A stretch of DNA of 64,000 bases from contig CAZOBB010000068.1 of NCBI GenBank assembly GCA_964577975.1, positions 2,041-66,040 on the forward strand, read 5' to 3'. The DNA is from an uncultured Thermodesulfobacteriota bacterium (lineage in GTDB: Bacteria > Desulfobacterota > S145-22). The notes beneath the pieces were generated by a model. That model saw only the letters and a list, made by a program, of their open reading frames with translations, was not told the DNA's origin and searched no databases. Both the position numbers and the translations under genes were made by a program. Below, piece by piece: positions 20,834-31,079 of this stretch (the stretch's first letter is position 1; each line of letters opens with the position of its first letter).

Positions 20834-21361
20834 ATGAACCTTCCAAATTTCTTGACCCTGACAAGGATTCTGTTAGTCCCTTTTTTTGTCATAGCGGTTG
20901 TTTATCGTCATTTTACGTATGCCATCGGAATCTTTTTCGTAGCGGGAGTGACGGACGGGCTGGATGGACTTCTCGCGCGATCTTTGAAACAAAAGACGAG
21001 ACTGGGGGCCATCTTAGATCCTTTGGCGGACAAGCTTCTACTCATGTCTGGGTATATTACGTTGGGTACGTTGCATCTTGTGCCTTTTTGGCTGCCGGTC
21101 GTCGTGGTGAGTCGCGATGTGATTATTGCCCTGGGGATGCTCGTAATCGTGATTTTCGGTTACAACTATGAAATCCGACCTCGGCTGATTAGCAAGGCTA
21201 CGACGGTGTTTCAAATTGTGACGGTTCTTGCCGTGTTGGGTTCCCAGTATTGTTCATTTCTATCCCATCATCTCCTGGGGCTTTATGCGGTTACGGTTGT
21301 CTTTACAGTGGTCTCAGGGTTGTATTATATCTATTTGGGAATGAAAATCTTAAACCCTTAA
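20834..21361 (+). CDS. pgsA: CDP-alcohol phosphatidyltransferase (phosphatidylglycerophosphate synthase-like)
   Basis: D-G-x2-A-R...G...D-x3-D motif (DGLDGLLARSLKQKTRLGAILDPLADK); multiple TM helices; 175 aa. Confidence 0.8.
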   Translation: MNLPNFLTLTRILLVPFFVIAVVYRHFTYAIGIFFVAGVTDGLDGLLARSLKQKTRLGAILDPLADKLLLMSGYITLGTLHLVPFWLPVVVVSRDVIIALGMLVIVIFGYNYEIRPRLISKATTVFQIVTVLAVLGSQYCSFLSHHLLGLYAVTVVFTVVSGLYYIYLGMKILNP

Positions 21362-21372
21362 CAAAGGAGTAG

Positions 21373-22656
<1,284 letters not shown>

Positions 22657-22685
22657 AAGATCAAAATTGAAAAGGTTTTTCCAGA

Positions 22686-22713
22686 AAGAGAGGGGTGGCC
22701 CCCTCTCTTTCCA
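22686..22713 (+). terminator. Long GC hairpin after eno (terminator-like)
   Basis: GAAAGAGAGGGG-tgg-CCCCCTCTCTTTC stem; a T-run (tcttatttttg) follows about 20 nt downstream. Confidence 0.4.
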
Positions 22714-22782
22714 TAAGAGCGGTATCTTATTTTTGTCTTTGGCAGGTTTTGACATATAAAAGAAGGGTGATAGAATCGATTT

Positions 22783-24258
22783 ATGCGACTGGATCGTAGA
22801 AAAGAAGGTATAGAAGAACAACCAGAGAATTTAAAAAGGATTCCTTTCATTTTCACTATGGCCGGGTTGGCGGTAGGTCTTTTCCTCGTGCTTATGGCTT
22901 ATGTCATCCAATATGTTGCAGGGCCTCCCATTGCCAATGCCAATGGTTCTTTCTGGGATACACTCAAATCCCTTCATGCCGCCAATCCCATCCTTTTTCT
23001 TATGGATAATACCCCATGGGTGTTGGCGACGGTGGCGGCCGTCATGGGGAAAAGGCAAAAAGAGAAGGCGATCTATCTATGGAAGCTCAAAGGGATGTTG
23101 AGACGACGGAGTGCAGAGTTGCGCTCCATTCGGAGCCGTTATACCAAGCTGTTTGAAGGTGTCAATGAGTGTCTGTTCATCACCACCCATGAAGGGGAGA
23201 TCATCGACATCAACCAGGCAGGAATTACCCTTTTCAAGATGGAGGAATTGGTTGGGGAAAAGGGCAAGAACAAGGGAGCGATTCGGGAAATTTTAAGGGA
23301 AAAGGGTGTGAGTGCCAAGACTTTTTATGCCAGTGAGGAGGATGGGGCCCGCTTGATAGAAGAATTGGAGAAGAAGGGAATTGTTTCCAATTATCAGATA
23401 CGAATGAAGCGTTTCAATGGAGAGATATTCGAGGCCCTTTTTACGATGTCGGTGAAAACGGACGATGGAGGGGGGAAGCTTTTTTTTGGGCGAATTATTG
23501 ATCTGAGTTCTGTGAAACGGGCGGAGCTGCTATTGGCGAAGGCGAATCTGGAATTGGAGAGAAAAAATCGGGAGCTGATGGAGGCGTTTTCGGAGCTTCA
23601 GGTCTTGAAGGTACGGTATGAAAAGCGCAGTATCGAGCTTGAGAGGGCAAATAGGGAACTTCATCGTTTGAACAGGTTGCTGGCAGACATGGCGATTACG
23701 GATGGATTGACGGGGCTTTATAATCATCGCCATTTTAGGGGGCTTTTAAAGAGGGAATGGGAAAGGGCCAATAGAGAAAAGACAAATTTTTGCGTCATGA
23801 TGATTGATATCGATTATTTTAAAGCCTTTAATGATACGTGGGGGCATCAGTTTGGAGATGAGATACTTAAGACCGTCGCGTATACCATTAAACGTCAAAT
23901 GAGAAGCTATGATGTCGTGGCGAGGTACGGAGGAGAAGAATTTTGTGTTATCCTGCCGGGCACGGATTTGGAAACCTGTTATACGATTGCGCAGCGTATT
24001 CGTGAGGCGGTCGAAGACAAAATTCTCCTGTCTGGCCCGGAAGAGAAGAAAGAAAAACTTACCGTAAGTATAGGTGTCACTATTTTCCTTCCTCAAGAAG
24101 GAGACCGCCGCACATCCGATCAGATTCTTCAAGATGCGGATGTAGCCCTTTATCGTGCAAAGAGCAAGGGACGAAACAGGGTTGAGATGCATCGAAGAGA
24201 TTTGTCGGCGGAACGAGGGTACCTTTCCTTTTCATTGAGAGGAAGTAATGGGGGATGA
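22783..24258 (+). CDS. Membrane-anchored PAS-GGDEF diguanylate cyclase
   Basis: N-terminal TM helices; PAS-like segment; coiled coil; GGDEF domain with RYGGEEF active site and RxxD I-site-like motif; stop overlaps the next gene (ATGA). Confidence 0.85.
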   Translation: MRLDRRKEGIEEQPENLKRIPFIFTMAGLAVGLFLVLMAYVIQYVAGPPIANANGSFWDTLKSLHAANPILFLMDNTPWVLATVAAVMGKRQKEKAIYLWKLKGMLRRRSAELRSIRSRYTKLFEGVNECLFITTHEGEIIDINQAGITLFKMEELVGEKGKNKGAIREILREKGVSAKTFYASEEDGARLIEELEKKGIVSNYQIRMKRFNGEIFEALFTMSVKTDDGGGKLFFGRIIDLSSVKRAELLLAKANLELERKNRELMEAFSELQVLKVRYEKRSIELERANRELHRLNRLLADMAITDGLTGLYNHRHFRGLLKREWERANREKTNFCVMMIDIDYFKAFNDTWGHQFGDEILKTVAYTIKRQMRSYDVVARYGGEEFCVILPGTDLETCYTIAQRIREAVEDKILLSGPEEKKEKLTVSIGVTIFLPQEGDRRTSDQILQDADVALYRAKSKGRNRVEMHRRDLSAERGYLSFSLRGSNGG

Positions 24259-24944
24259 TGGCGGGAATCCTTTTGGCCTCTGGCCTATCACGACGATTCG
24301 GCTCTCAGAAGCTACTTTTTTCGCCGGGAGGGGGAAAAACCTTATTCGAGCAGGTTCTTTCCAATCATTTGAGATCGGGGTTGGATCCGTTGGTGGTGGT
24401 TGTATCGGAAGGTATGCTCGACAACATGAAAAATGGAAAGATGATTGGAATTACCGTGCATGAGAGGGGAGAGACAAACGAGTCGGAAGAGGGGAAATGG
24501 TTGGTTCTTGCCACCCCGTGGGGGAGAGGCCGATTGGTGGTGAACGAAGACCCGGAGAGAGGAATGGCTCGTTCTCTTCAAGAGGGGTTGTCCGTGTTGT
24601 CGGAAGAGGAAAAGGAAGAAGGTGTCTTGATCTCCCTCGCCGATATGCCAGGGATAACCCCTTCGGTGATAGAACGGGTGGTGACGGAATACCGACGAAG
24701 GAACGCAAAAATTCTCGTTCCAACATATCGCGGACAGATTGGGCATCCCGTTGTGGTCCATGAGCCTACGTTTCGGAAGGAGATAGCGGAGATTGAAGGG
24801 GACGTGGGCTTGCGCCATCTTTTGCGACGCTTTTGGGAGGAAGTGGAAACGGTTCCATGGGGAGATCCCTCCGTGGTGATGGATATTGATACCCCCTCAG
24901 ACGTGGAAAAGGTTTTTGCCGAAGGAGGGTGGGAATGGCCGTAA
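24255..24944 (+). CDS. mocA: MobA-like NTP transferase, YgfJ/MocA family (molybdenum cofactor cytidylyltransferase-like accessory protein)
   Basis: N-terminal GILLASGLSRRFGSQKLL nucleotidyltransferase motif; about 229 aa with an internal insertion; ATGA-coupled to the upstream GGDEF gene; clustered with yqeB/yqeC homologues. Confidence 0.7.
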   Translation: MMAGILLASGLSRRFGSQKLLFSPGGGKTLFEQVLSNHLRSGLDPLVVVVSEGMLDNMKNGKMIGITVHERGETNESEEGKWLVLATPWGRGRLVVNEDPERGMARSLQEGLSVLSEEEKEEGVLISLADMPGITPSVIERVVTEYRRRNAKILVPTYRGQIGHPVVVHEPTFRKEIAEIEGDVGLRHLLRRFWEEVETVPWGDPSVVMDIDTPSDVEKVFAEGGWEWP

Positions 24945-25693
24945 TTGATGAATTGATTGACTATGGGATGAAGCTTGACACAGGTCTTCGGGTTCAAGAT
25001 GTACGGATCGGTCTTGGTTACACTGCTGTACAGATTGAGGGCGGTGAAGTGGGGCTGGCCTATACCTTTCGCGGGGAGGCGGGACATACCTGTACCGCCG
25101 TTAAAATGGCGGGAGAACTCGCGGGCAAACCGGTGGGGCACCTCCTTGCCTTTATGAAAGAGGGGGATGTCGTGTCCGCGGCCGTGGGATTGGCGACCTT
25201 CAACGCCCTTTTACAACGACGTCTTCCGACGCCGGAGGGAGAAGATTTCTTCCCCATTATCCAATTGCAAGCTGGGGAAACGGTGGGGATGGTAGGTTTT
25301 TTCGGACCCGTTATCCCACTCATCCGTAAGGCGAGATGCGAGCTCAGGATTTTCGAGAAGAATCTCGCGCGGGGAGAGGGATTGTTTTCTCCCGAGAAGA
25401 TTCCTCAAAAGCTTCCGGAATGCTCGGTGGTTATCCTTTCTGCCACGACACTTATTAATCGTACCTTCGAGGAGGTTGTGGCGTATACAAGAGAGGCGAG
25501 GCATGTTGTTTTATTGGGCCCTTCTACTCCCCTTGTGCCGGAGGTAATGGGACGCTATGGGGTTACGTTGCTTGCGGGAATGAAGATTGTCCGTCCTGCC
25601 GCTGTCTTACGAATTGTCAGTGAAGGCGGAGGGACTCAAAGGTTGAGGGGAACCGTGGAAAAAATGGTTGTCTCGTGTAAAAAAGCGGGGTAG
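24935..25693 (+). CDS. DUF4213-DUF364 protein (Rossmann-like, putative heavy-metal chelation domain)
   Basis: GGAGG RBS 6 nt upstream; N-terminal VRIGLGYTAVQIEGGEVGLAYTF (DUF4213-like); C-terminal ...VVILSATTLINRTFEEV...VVLLGPSTPLVPEV...GGGTQRL (DUF364-like). Called from remembered family signatures, no database search run. Confidence 0.55.
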   Translation: MAVIDELIDYGMKLDTGLRVQDVRIGLGYTAVQIEGGEVGLAYTFRGEAGHTCTAVKMAGELAGKPVGHLLAFMKEGDVVSAAVGLATFNALLQRRLPTPEGEDFFPIIQLQAGETVGMVGFFGPVIPLIRKARCELRIFEKNLARGEGLFSPEKIPQKLPECSVVILSATTLINRTFEEVVAYTREARHVVLLGPSTPLVPEVMGRYGVTLLAGMKIVRPAAVLRIVSEGGGTQRLRGTVEKMVVSCKKAG

Positions 25694-25730
25694 TTTCAGG
25701 AATGTTCAAAGTGATAGAGAGAAAGACGGG

Positions 25731-26759
25731 ATGAAAAAGTTACCCATTGAAGAGGCCATCGGCAAACCATTGGCCAACGATATGACGCAAATTATTCCGG
25801 GTAAGGTGAAGGGGCCGGCCTTCAAACGGGGCCATATCTTGCGGGAAGAGGACATCCCACGGCTCAAAGATATGGGAAAAGCCCATGTGTATGTCCTTGA
25901 TCCCGATAAAGGGTACATCCACGAGGATGACGCGGCGATTGCTTTGTCCAATGCCTATGGAGGTGAAGAGTTCGAGCGGGTGGGACCCAGCGAAGGGCGG
26001 ATCAACCTCAAGGCCAAGTTCCGGGGCCTCTTGAAGATAAACCTTGATCTTTTGACATTTATCAATGCGTCGGGTGAAATCATCTGTTCCACGATTCATC
26101 AGCACACCGTCTGTGACGAGGGAGTGATTGTGGCCGCGACCCGTATCATCCCCGTGGCCATGGATGAAGAGGAGTTCAAGCGAGTTTTGGGTCGTGTGAA
26201 GACGGAAGGACCACTTCTGAGGCTGCTTCCTTTCGTAAGGAAACGCGTGGGTGTGGTTGTCACGGGAGAAGAGGTTTTTTCAGGTCGCATCCCTGACAGT
26301 TCCAAAAAGATTCTTTCTCCGAAGATTGAGGCCTTGGGAGGACGCATCGTCGCCCATGCGGTGTGCCCGGACGATGCGGAAGTTATTGGAGAAACGATTA
26401 CGAGGATGGTGCGTGGGGCCGCGTGCGATCTTATCATCACAACGGGCGGCCTTTCGGTAGATCCTGACGATGTCACCTTGGAGGGTATTGAAAAGAGTGG
26501 GGCACGGGTGGTTTCTTATGGCTCACCTATCCTTCCCGGTGCCATGTTTGCCTGCGCTTACCTGGGAAAGGTTCCGATCCTCGGCGTGCCGGCGGCGGTT
26601 TTCTATTTCAAAGCCACGGTCCTTGATATCTTCCTGCCGCGGGCCATGGCGGATGACCCCATTACCCGTGATGATGTCGTGGCCCTGGGGCACGGGGGGT
26701 TATGCCTCAACTGCAAGGTTTGTACCTATCCCGTTTGCCCGTTTGGAAAAGGGGTGTGA
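25731..26759 (+). CDS. Molybdopterin-binding protein (MoeA/MogA/CinA-type MoCF-biosynthesis domain) with C-terminal Cys-rich tail
   Basis: MoCF_biosynth signature (RVGVVVTGEEVFSGRIPDSS...DLIITTGGLSVDPDDVT); C-terminal CLNCKVCTYPVCPFGKG (C-x2-C-x2-C-x4-C). Confidence 0.65.
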   Translation: MKKLPIEEAIGKPLANDMTQIIPGKVKGPAFKRGHILREEDIPRLKDMGKAHVYVLDPDKGYIHEDDAAIALSNAYGGEEFERVGPSEGRINLKAKFRGLLKINLDLLTFINASGEIICSTIHQHTVCDEGVIVAATRIIPVAMDEEEFKRVLGRVKTEGPLLRLLPFVRKRVGVVVTGEEVFSGRIPDSSKKILSPKIEALGGRIVAHAVCPDDAEVIGETITRMVRGAACDLIITTGGLSVDPDDVTLEGIEKSGARVVSYGSPILPGAMFACAYLGKVPILGVPAAVFYFKATVLDIFLPRAMADDPITRDDVVALGHGGLCLNCKVCTYPVCPFGKGV

Positions 26760-26761
26760 CC

Positions 26762-27487
26762 ATGGGAGAGATTTTGACACATGTTCTTGAGGCGTTCCGA
26801 GAGGTGATGACACCGCATTTTCGTCTTGATGAGCGAGTTTCTGTCATAGCCCGTCCCCTCACGGCGGAAGAGGCTATCGGACATCCCGAACACGACGACT
26901 ACCCCCTTCTGAAAGGGAAGGAACGGATGATGGAGGCCCATTTCAGAGGTACGCCGGGTCAAGCCTATACCGACCAGGTTGGGAATTTCGAGGGAACTTT
27001 AGGAGATGTGCTGGCGCTTTCTCTTGATTCCAACTACCGTCGAGCCGTGTTGGTTGCCACGATCAACGCCGTGCTTCGCCATCTGGGTGTCATCGAAAAA
27101 AGCTGTCATTGCAAAGATGAGGATCCGGTAATATGCGCGCCAAAACTCCCGGGGGTACTCGCCGCTTTTGGCCCCCAGCGCGTGGGTATGATCGGCCACC
27201 AGCCTAGGCTGTTGGAAGTTGTTTCGAAGCGCTTCCAAGTCCGAATATGTGATCGGGATCCGGATCAGGTCTCCCGGCAAAAATCTGGCGTGACGGTTGA
27301 ACCACCGGAGGCGTGGCCGGATATTGTTTCGTGGTGCGATCTTATTCTTGCCACGGGGACGACCTTGGTGAATGATACGATTGATCATTTTGTGGTATCT
27401 GACAAGCCAACGGTCTTTTACGGAATAACCATTAGTGGCGCAGCCAAACTGCTCGATCTGAATCATTTCTGTCCTTTGGGAAGATGA
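26762..27487 (+). CDS. Second DUF364-like paralog (Rossmann-like putative metal-chelation domain) with a Cys/His cluster
   Basis: C-terminal VGMIGHQPRLLEV...DLILATGTTLVNDTIDHF...VFYGITISGAAKLL parallels the DUF364 part of 24935..25693; SCHCKDEDPVIC cluster; N-terminal part diverges from DUF4213. Confidence 0.5.
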   Translation: MGEILTHVLEAFREVMTPHFRLDERVSVIARPLTAEEAIGHPEHDDYPLLKGKERMMEAHFRGTPGQAYTDQVGNFEGTLGDVLALSLDSNYRRAVLVATINAVLRHLGVIEKSCHCKDEDPVICAPKLPGVLAAFGPQRVGMIGHQPRLLEVVSKRFQVRICDRDPDQVSRQKSGVTVEPPEAWPDIVSWCDLILATGTTLVNDTIDHFVVSDKPTVFYGITISGAAKLLDLNHFCPLGR

Positions 27488-28284
27488 AACCACTCGATTT
27501 AAAAATCTTGATTCGTGGGGCGGGAGAAATGGCAAGCGGGGTGGCATACCGTTTGTACCAGAGCCATTTCTCGATTCTCATGACGGAGATTCCGTCTCCC
27601 CTCTCCATTCGTCGTGCGGTCTGTTTTTCAGAGGCGGTATATGAAGGCGAAACGGAAGTGGAAGGAGTGAAAGCCGTCCGGATTGGGAAGACGGAAGAGA
27701 TAGAAACCGTGTGGCGCCACAGGAAGATACCCGTTCTTGTTGATCCGGATTTGACTGTAAGGAATAGGGTCTCCTTCCACGTCGTCGTAGACGCGGCCAT
27801 GGCGAAACGAAATCTTGGTACGTTCAAGGATTTTGCCCCTCTCGTTATAGGTTTGGGTCCAGGCTTCACGGCGGGCAGAGATGTGGATTGCGTCATAGAA
27901 ACGAATCGAGGGCATCATTTGGCTCGGGTTGTCAGAGAAGGAATGGCAGAGCCTGACACGGGAATTCCAGGAAGTACTCTTGGGTACACGGTGGAACGTG
28001 TTCTGCGCGCCCCGTCTGAGGGGATTTTTCGATCGGTCAAGGTTATTGGAGACCACATAGCCGCGGGAGAGACGGTGGGATGGGTGGGTGAAACCCCTAT
28101 GATTTCCCAGATTGAGGGCGTGCTTCGAGGAATCTTGCGGGATGGCGTGTCCGTTAGCAAAGGGATGAAGTCGGGGGACGTGGATCCGAGAGGGCAACGG
28201 ATCAACTGTTTTACCATTTCCGACAAAGCGCGAGCGGTTGGAGGGGGAGTCCTCGAGGCAATCCTTCACCGCTTCAACGAGTAG
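27484..28284 (+). CDS. yqeB: YqeB-family (XdhC-like Rossmann) selenium-dependent molybdenum hydroxylase system protein
   Basis: ATGA overlap with the upstream gene; N-terminal LKILIRGAGEMASGVAYRL XdhC/CoxI-type Rossmann motif; about 266 aa, consistent with the YqeB family. Confidence 0.65.
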   Translation: MKPLDLKILIRGAGEMASGVAYRLYQSHFSILMTEIPSPLSIRRAVCFSEAVYEGETEVEGVKAVRIGKTEEIETVWRHRKIPVLVDPDLTVRNRVSFHVVVDAAMAKRNLGTFKDFAPLVIGLGPGFTAGRDVDCVIETNRGHHLARVVREGMAEPDTGIPGSTLGYTVERVLRAPSEGIFRSVKVIGDHIAAGETVGWVGETPMISQIEGVLRGILRDGVSVSKGMKSGDVDPRGQRINCFTISDKARAVGGGVLEAILHRFNE

Positions 28285-28310
28285 AAGTTACGGGCAAGGG
28301 ATGGGATGCC

Positions 28311-29114
28311 GTGGGCGCGCCGGACTCTGCGAAGGTCCTATCGGTCGAAGATCTAATTACCCAACTTTTCCAGAAGCGAAAAGTAAATATTGCGTTGACG
28401 GGAGGCGGAGGAAAGACAACGTTCCTTGGGGTTTTGGGACGAGCGTTCGCGTCACGGGGCACACCGGTTTTATTGACAACAACCACCAAGGTTCAAAATC
28501 CATTTCCGATAGAGGTGGATCGCTTTTTCGTGTCAACGGATGCAAAGGAATTGAAGGGGCTCGTTTTGGGGGCATGGCGGCCGGGAATTCTCGGCATGGC
28601 GGTGGCAAGACCCTATGGGGATCATAAATGGGAGGGAGTATCATCCGAATGGATCGACGAACTCTTCAGCACCGTGCGAGAGGGAGCCATTTTAAACGAG
28701 GCGGACGGGGCTTTCCGCTTGCCCATTAAAGCGCCGGCGAGTCACGAACCGGTCATTCCCGCTTCTACGACGCACGTGCTACCTGTCTTGGGGCTGACGG
28801 CCATTGGGGCCCCCCTCGATGAAGCCCATGCCTTTCGGCCGCGCTTGATTGCCGATATAACGGGTCTTGCTCTGGGAGAACCTATGGATGAAGCAGCCCT
28901 GGCGCGTCTGATACTCCATCCCCGGGGATTGGCGAAAGATGCGCCCCAAGATGCGGAGATTGTTCCATTCCTGAATCAGGCGGACGACGGACGCCGTCGG
29001 GAAATGGGTTATCGGATCGCCGAGCGTGTCCTTTCGGCTTCCTTATCGGTGAAAACGGTGCTGATAGGCACATTAAATCCCTTCGTGCGTTTCGAGATTG
29101 TGAAACGCCCCTGA
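28311..29114 (+). CDS. yqeC: YqeC-family probable selenium-dependent hydroxylase accessory protein
   Basis: KVNIALTGGGGKTTFLGVL P-loop-like glycine-rich motif near the N-terminus; about 267 aa; pairing with yqeB is the classic signature of this family. Confidence 0.65.
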   Translation: MGAPDSAKVLSVEDLITQLFQKRKVNIALTGGGGKTTFLGVLGRAFASRGTPVLLTTTTKVQNPFPIEVDRFFVSTDAKELKGLVLGAWRPGILGMAVARPYGDHKWEGVSSEWIDELFSTVREGAILNEADGAFRLPIKAPASHEPVIPASTTHVLPVLGLTAIGAPLDEAHAFRPRLIADITGLALGEPMDEAALARLILHPRGLAKDAPQDAEIVPFLNQADDGRRREMGYRIAERVLSASLSVKTVLIGTLNPFVRFEIVKRP

Positions 29115-29138
29115 GGGACTTTCCTGATTTTTTTGCCC

Positions 29139-29729
29139 TTAAGAGGCTTCGGTAAAGAGGACGGCGAGAATCTTCGCGGGGGTGTCGCCTGCGCAGGCGA
29201 CACGGTGAGGAAGTTTGGAGTCGTAGTAGATGGAATCACCCGGTGAGAGGGTGTCCTTGAAATCTCCGAGCACCACTTCCATTTCCCCCTCCAGAACGTA
29301 GATAAATTCTTCGCCACTGTGAGAGGAGAGTTTTTCGTGTTTCACGGTAGCGGGTTCCAACGTGACAATGAAGGGTTCCATCTTCCGGTTCTTCTTGTCA
29401 TACCCGAGCGATTCGTAGGTGTATCCGTAATTGACGCCTTCCTTGGAGGCGAAGCGAGAAATGAGCTTTCTCTCGTTCTTTCGAACGATGGAGTAGGAGT
29501 GTCCTTTCTTCTCACCAAAGATTTTACTCAAGGGAACCTCCAAGGCATTGGCGATTTGGATGAGCGTGCCGAGGGAAGGAGAGACAAGGTGGTTTTCAAT
29601 TTGAGAGATGAGGGCCGAGGAGTAGCCCGTTTTGTCCGCTAAATCCTTGAGGCTCAACTTCTTTTCCTCTCGAACCTTTTTGATTCTTTCTCCAACTTTT
29701 GTTAACGCGACCTGGTCCGTTTTCTCCAT
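29139..29729 (-). CDS. XRE-family HTH plus cupin-domain transcriptional regulator
   Basis: N-terminal HTH_XRE (LTKVGERIKKVREEKKLSLKDLADKTGYSSALISQIEN); C-terminal cupin (EEFIYVLEGEMEVVLGDFKDTLSPGDSIYYDSKLPHRV); 12 nt downstream of the OFOR gamma gene on the same strand. Confidence 0.8.
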   Translation of the reverse strand: MEKTDQVALTKVGERIKKVREEKKLSLKDLADKTGYSSALISQIENHLVSPSLGTLIQIANALEVPLSKIFGEKKGHSYSIVRKNERKLISRFASKEGVNYGYTYESLGYDKKNRKMEPFIVTLEPATVKHEKLSSHSGEEFIYVLEGEMEVVLGDFKDTLSPGDSIYYDSKLPHRVACAGDTPAKILAVLFTEAS

Positions 29730-29741
29730 TTTTCCCTCCCA

Positions 29742-30299
29742 TCATGGGGTATTGGCGGTTTTGACCTGTTGGGCGCCCAGTTTTATGGCTTGGACATTTT
29801 GGGGGATGAATCGAGCATTCCTTTCCGAAATGACCTTGGATAGAGAATTGATCAGTGCTTCTTGGGAGACGACGCGGGTTATTTCCACGTAAGCGCCGAT
29901 GAGGATCATGTTGGCGAGTCTCGCGTTTCCCATTTCGGTAGCGAGATCATTGGCGGCGATAGGATAGACGTGGATATCTTTTCTCGTTTGTTGTTCAAAA
30001 GGGACGAGAGAGGTGTTGAAAAGGAGGTTTCCTCCTGGCTTGATCCACGATTCGAATTTCTTCAGCGAAGGGAGATTCATGACGATGGCCGCATCGGGCT
30101 TGCCAACGATAGGAGAGCCAATGGGGCCTTCGTCTGAGATAACCACAGTGCAATTGGCGGTTCCGCCTCGCATTTCGACCCCGTAAGCCGGCATATAGGT
30201 GACTTCTTTTTCTTCTTCGAGGGCGGCGAAGGCTAGCATGTTTCCGATGAGAAGGATACCTTGACCCCCGAATCCCGCCATAATGACTGAACTTTTCAT
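29742..30299 (-). CDS. 2-oxoacid:ferredoxin oxidoreductase, gamma subunit
   Basis: 185 aa; POR/KOR gamma-type N-terminus [23 protein letters not shown]. Confidence 0.85.
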   Translation of the reverse strand: MKSSVIMAGFGGQGILLIGNMLAFAALEEEKEVTYMPAYGVEMRGGTANCTVVISDEGPIGSPIVGKPDAAIVMNLPSLKKFESWIKPGGNLLFNTSLVPFEQQTRKDIHVYPIAANDLATEMGNARLANMILIGAYVEITRVVSQEALINSLSKVISERNARFIPQNVQAIKLGAQQVKTANTP

Positions 30300-30320
30300 G
30301 ATCTCGATCCTTTGCTTATG

Positions 30321-31079
30321 TTAGAGGACGTCTGCTGCCTTGCGTTCCTTGAAGATGCCCAACGGGAAGTAAGGAATCATCTCTTCTTCGACACGTTTCA
30401 TGGAGTCGATAGGATTGAGACCCCAGTTGGTAGGGCAGGCGGAAAGGACTTCCACGAACGTGAATCCCATTTCATCCCTTTGAAACTGGAACGCCTTCTC
30501 GATTGCTTTCTTGGCCAGATTGATGTTTTTGGGAGATGTAAAGGCTACCCGGGCCGCGAAGGCCGTGCCTTCCAGCGTGGCGAGGATTTCCGTCATACGG
30601 ATAGGGTACCCATCCTGCATGAAATCTCGGCCGTAAGGGCTCGTCGTGGTCTTTTGCCCGAGAAGAGTGGTAGGAGCCAACTGTCCTCCCGTCATGCCAT
30701 AGACCGTATTGTTGATGAAGATAATCGTGATGTTTTCTCCTCGATTGGCCGTGTGAATCGTTTCCGCGATGCCGATGGAGGCTAAATCACCGTCCCCTTG
30801 GTAACTGAAAACGATCTTGTCTTTCTGGGCGCGTTTTACACCCGTAGCTACGGCCGCGGCTCTTCCGTGGGGGGCTTCGATGACGTCAACGTCGAAATAG
30901 TCGTAAAGGAAGACGGAACACCCCACCGACGCCACGCCGATGGTTTTTTCCCGAAGGTTGAATTTATCGATTGCCTCTGCCACCATGCGGTGGGCGATGC
31001 CATGGTGACAGCCGGGACAGAAGTGAAAGGGAGTTTCTTTTAAGGACTTCGGCCGTTCGAAGATCTTTTTCTCACTCAT
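30321..31079 (-). CDS. 2-oxoacid:ferredoxin oxidoreductase, beta subunit (TPP-binding)
   Basis: Start taken at MSEKKIF, 8 nt overlap with the alpha stop; CPGCHHG motif; TPP-binding GDG...N motif (QGDGDLASIGIAETIHTANRGENITIIFINN). Confidence 0.85.
   Translation of the reverse strand: MSEKKIFERPKSLKETPFHFCPGCHHGIAHRMVAEAIDKFNLREKTIGVASVGCSVFLYDYFDVDVIEAPHGRAAAVATGVKRAQKDKIVFSYQGDGDLASIGIAETIHTANRGENITIIFINNTVYGMTGGQLAPTTLLGQKTTTSPYGRDFMQDGYPIRMTEILATLEGTAFAARVAFTSPKNINLAKKAIEKAFQFQRDEMGFTFVEVLSACPTNWGLNPIDSMKRVEEEMIPYFPLGIFKERKAADVL

Noticed and set aside
27628-28269. 213-aa minus-strand ORF inside the yqeB region
   Set aside because: It is antisense to the YqeB-like gene, which belongs to an overlapping co-directional operon. 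It has no RBS and no motif.
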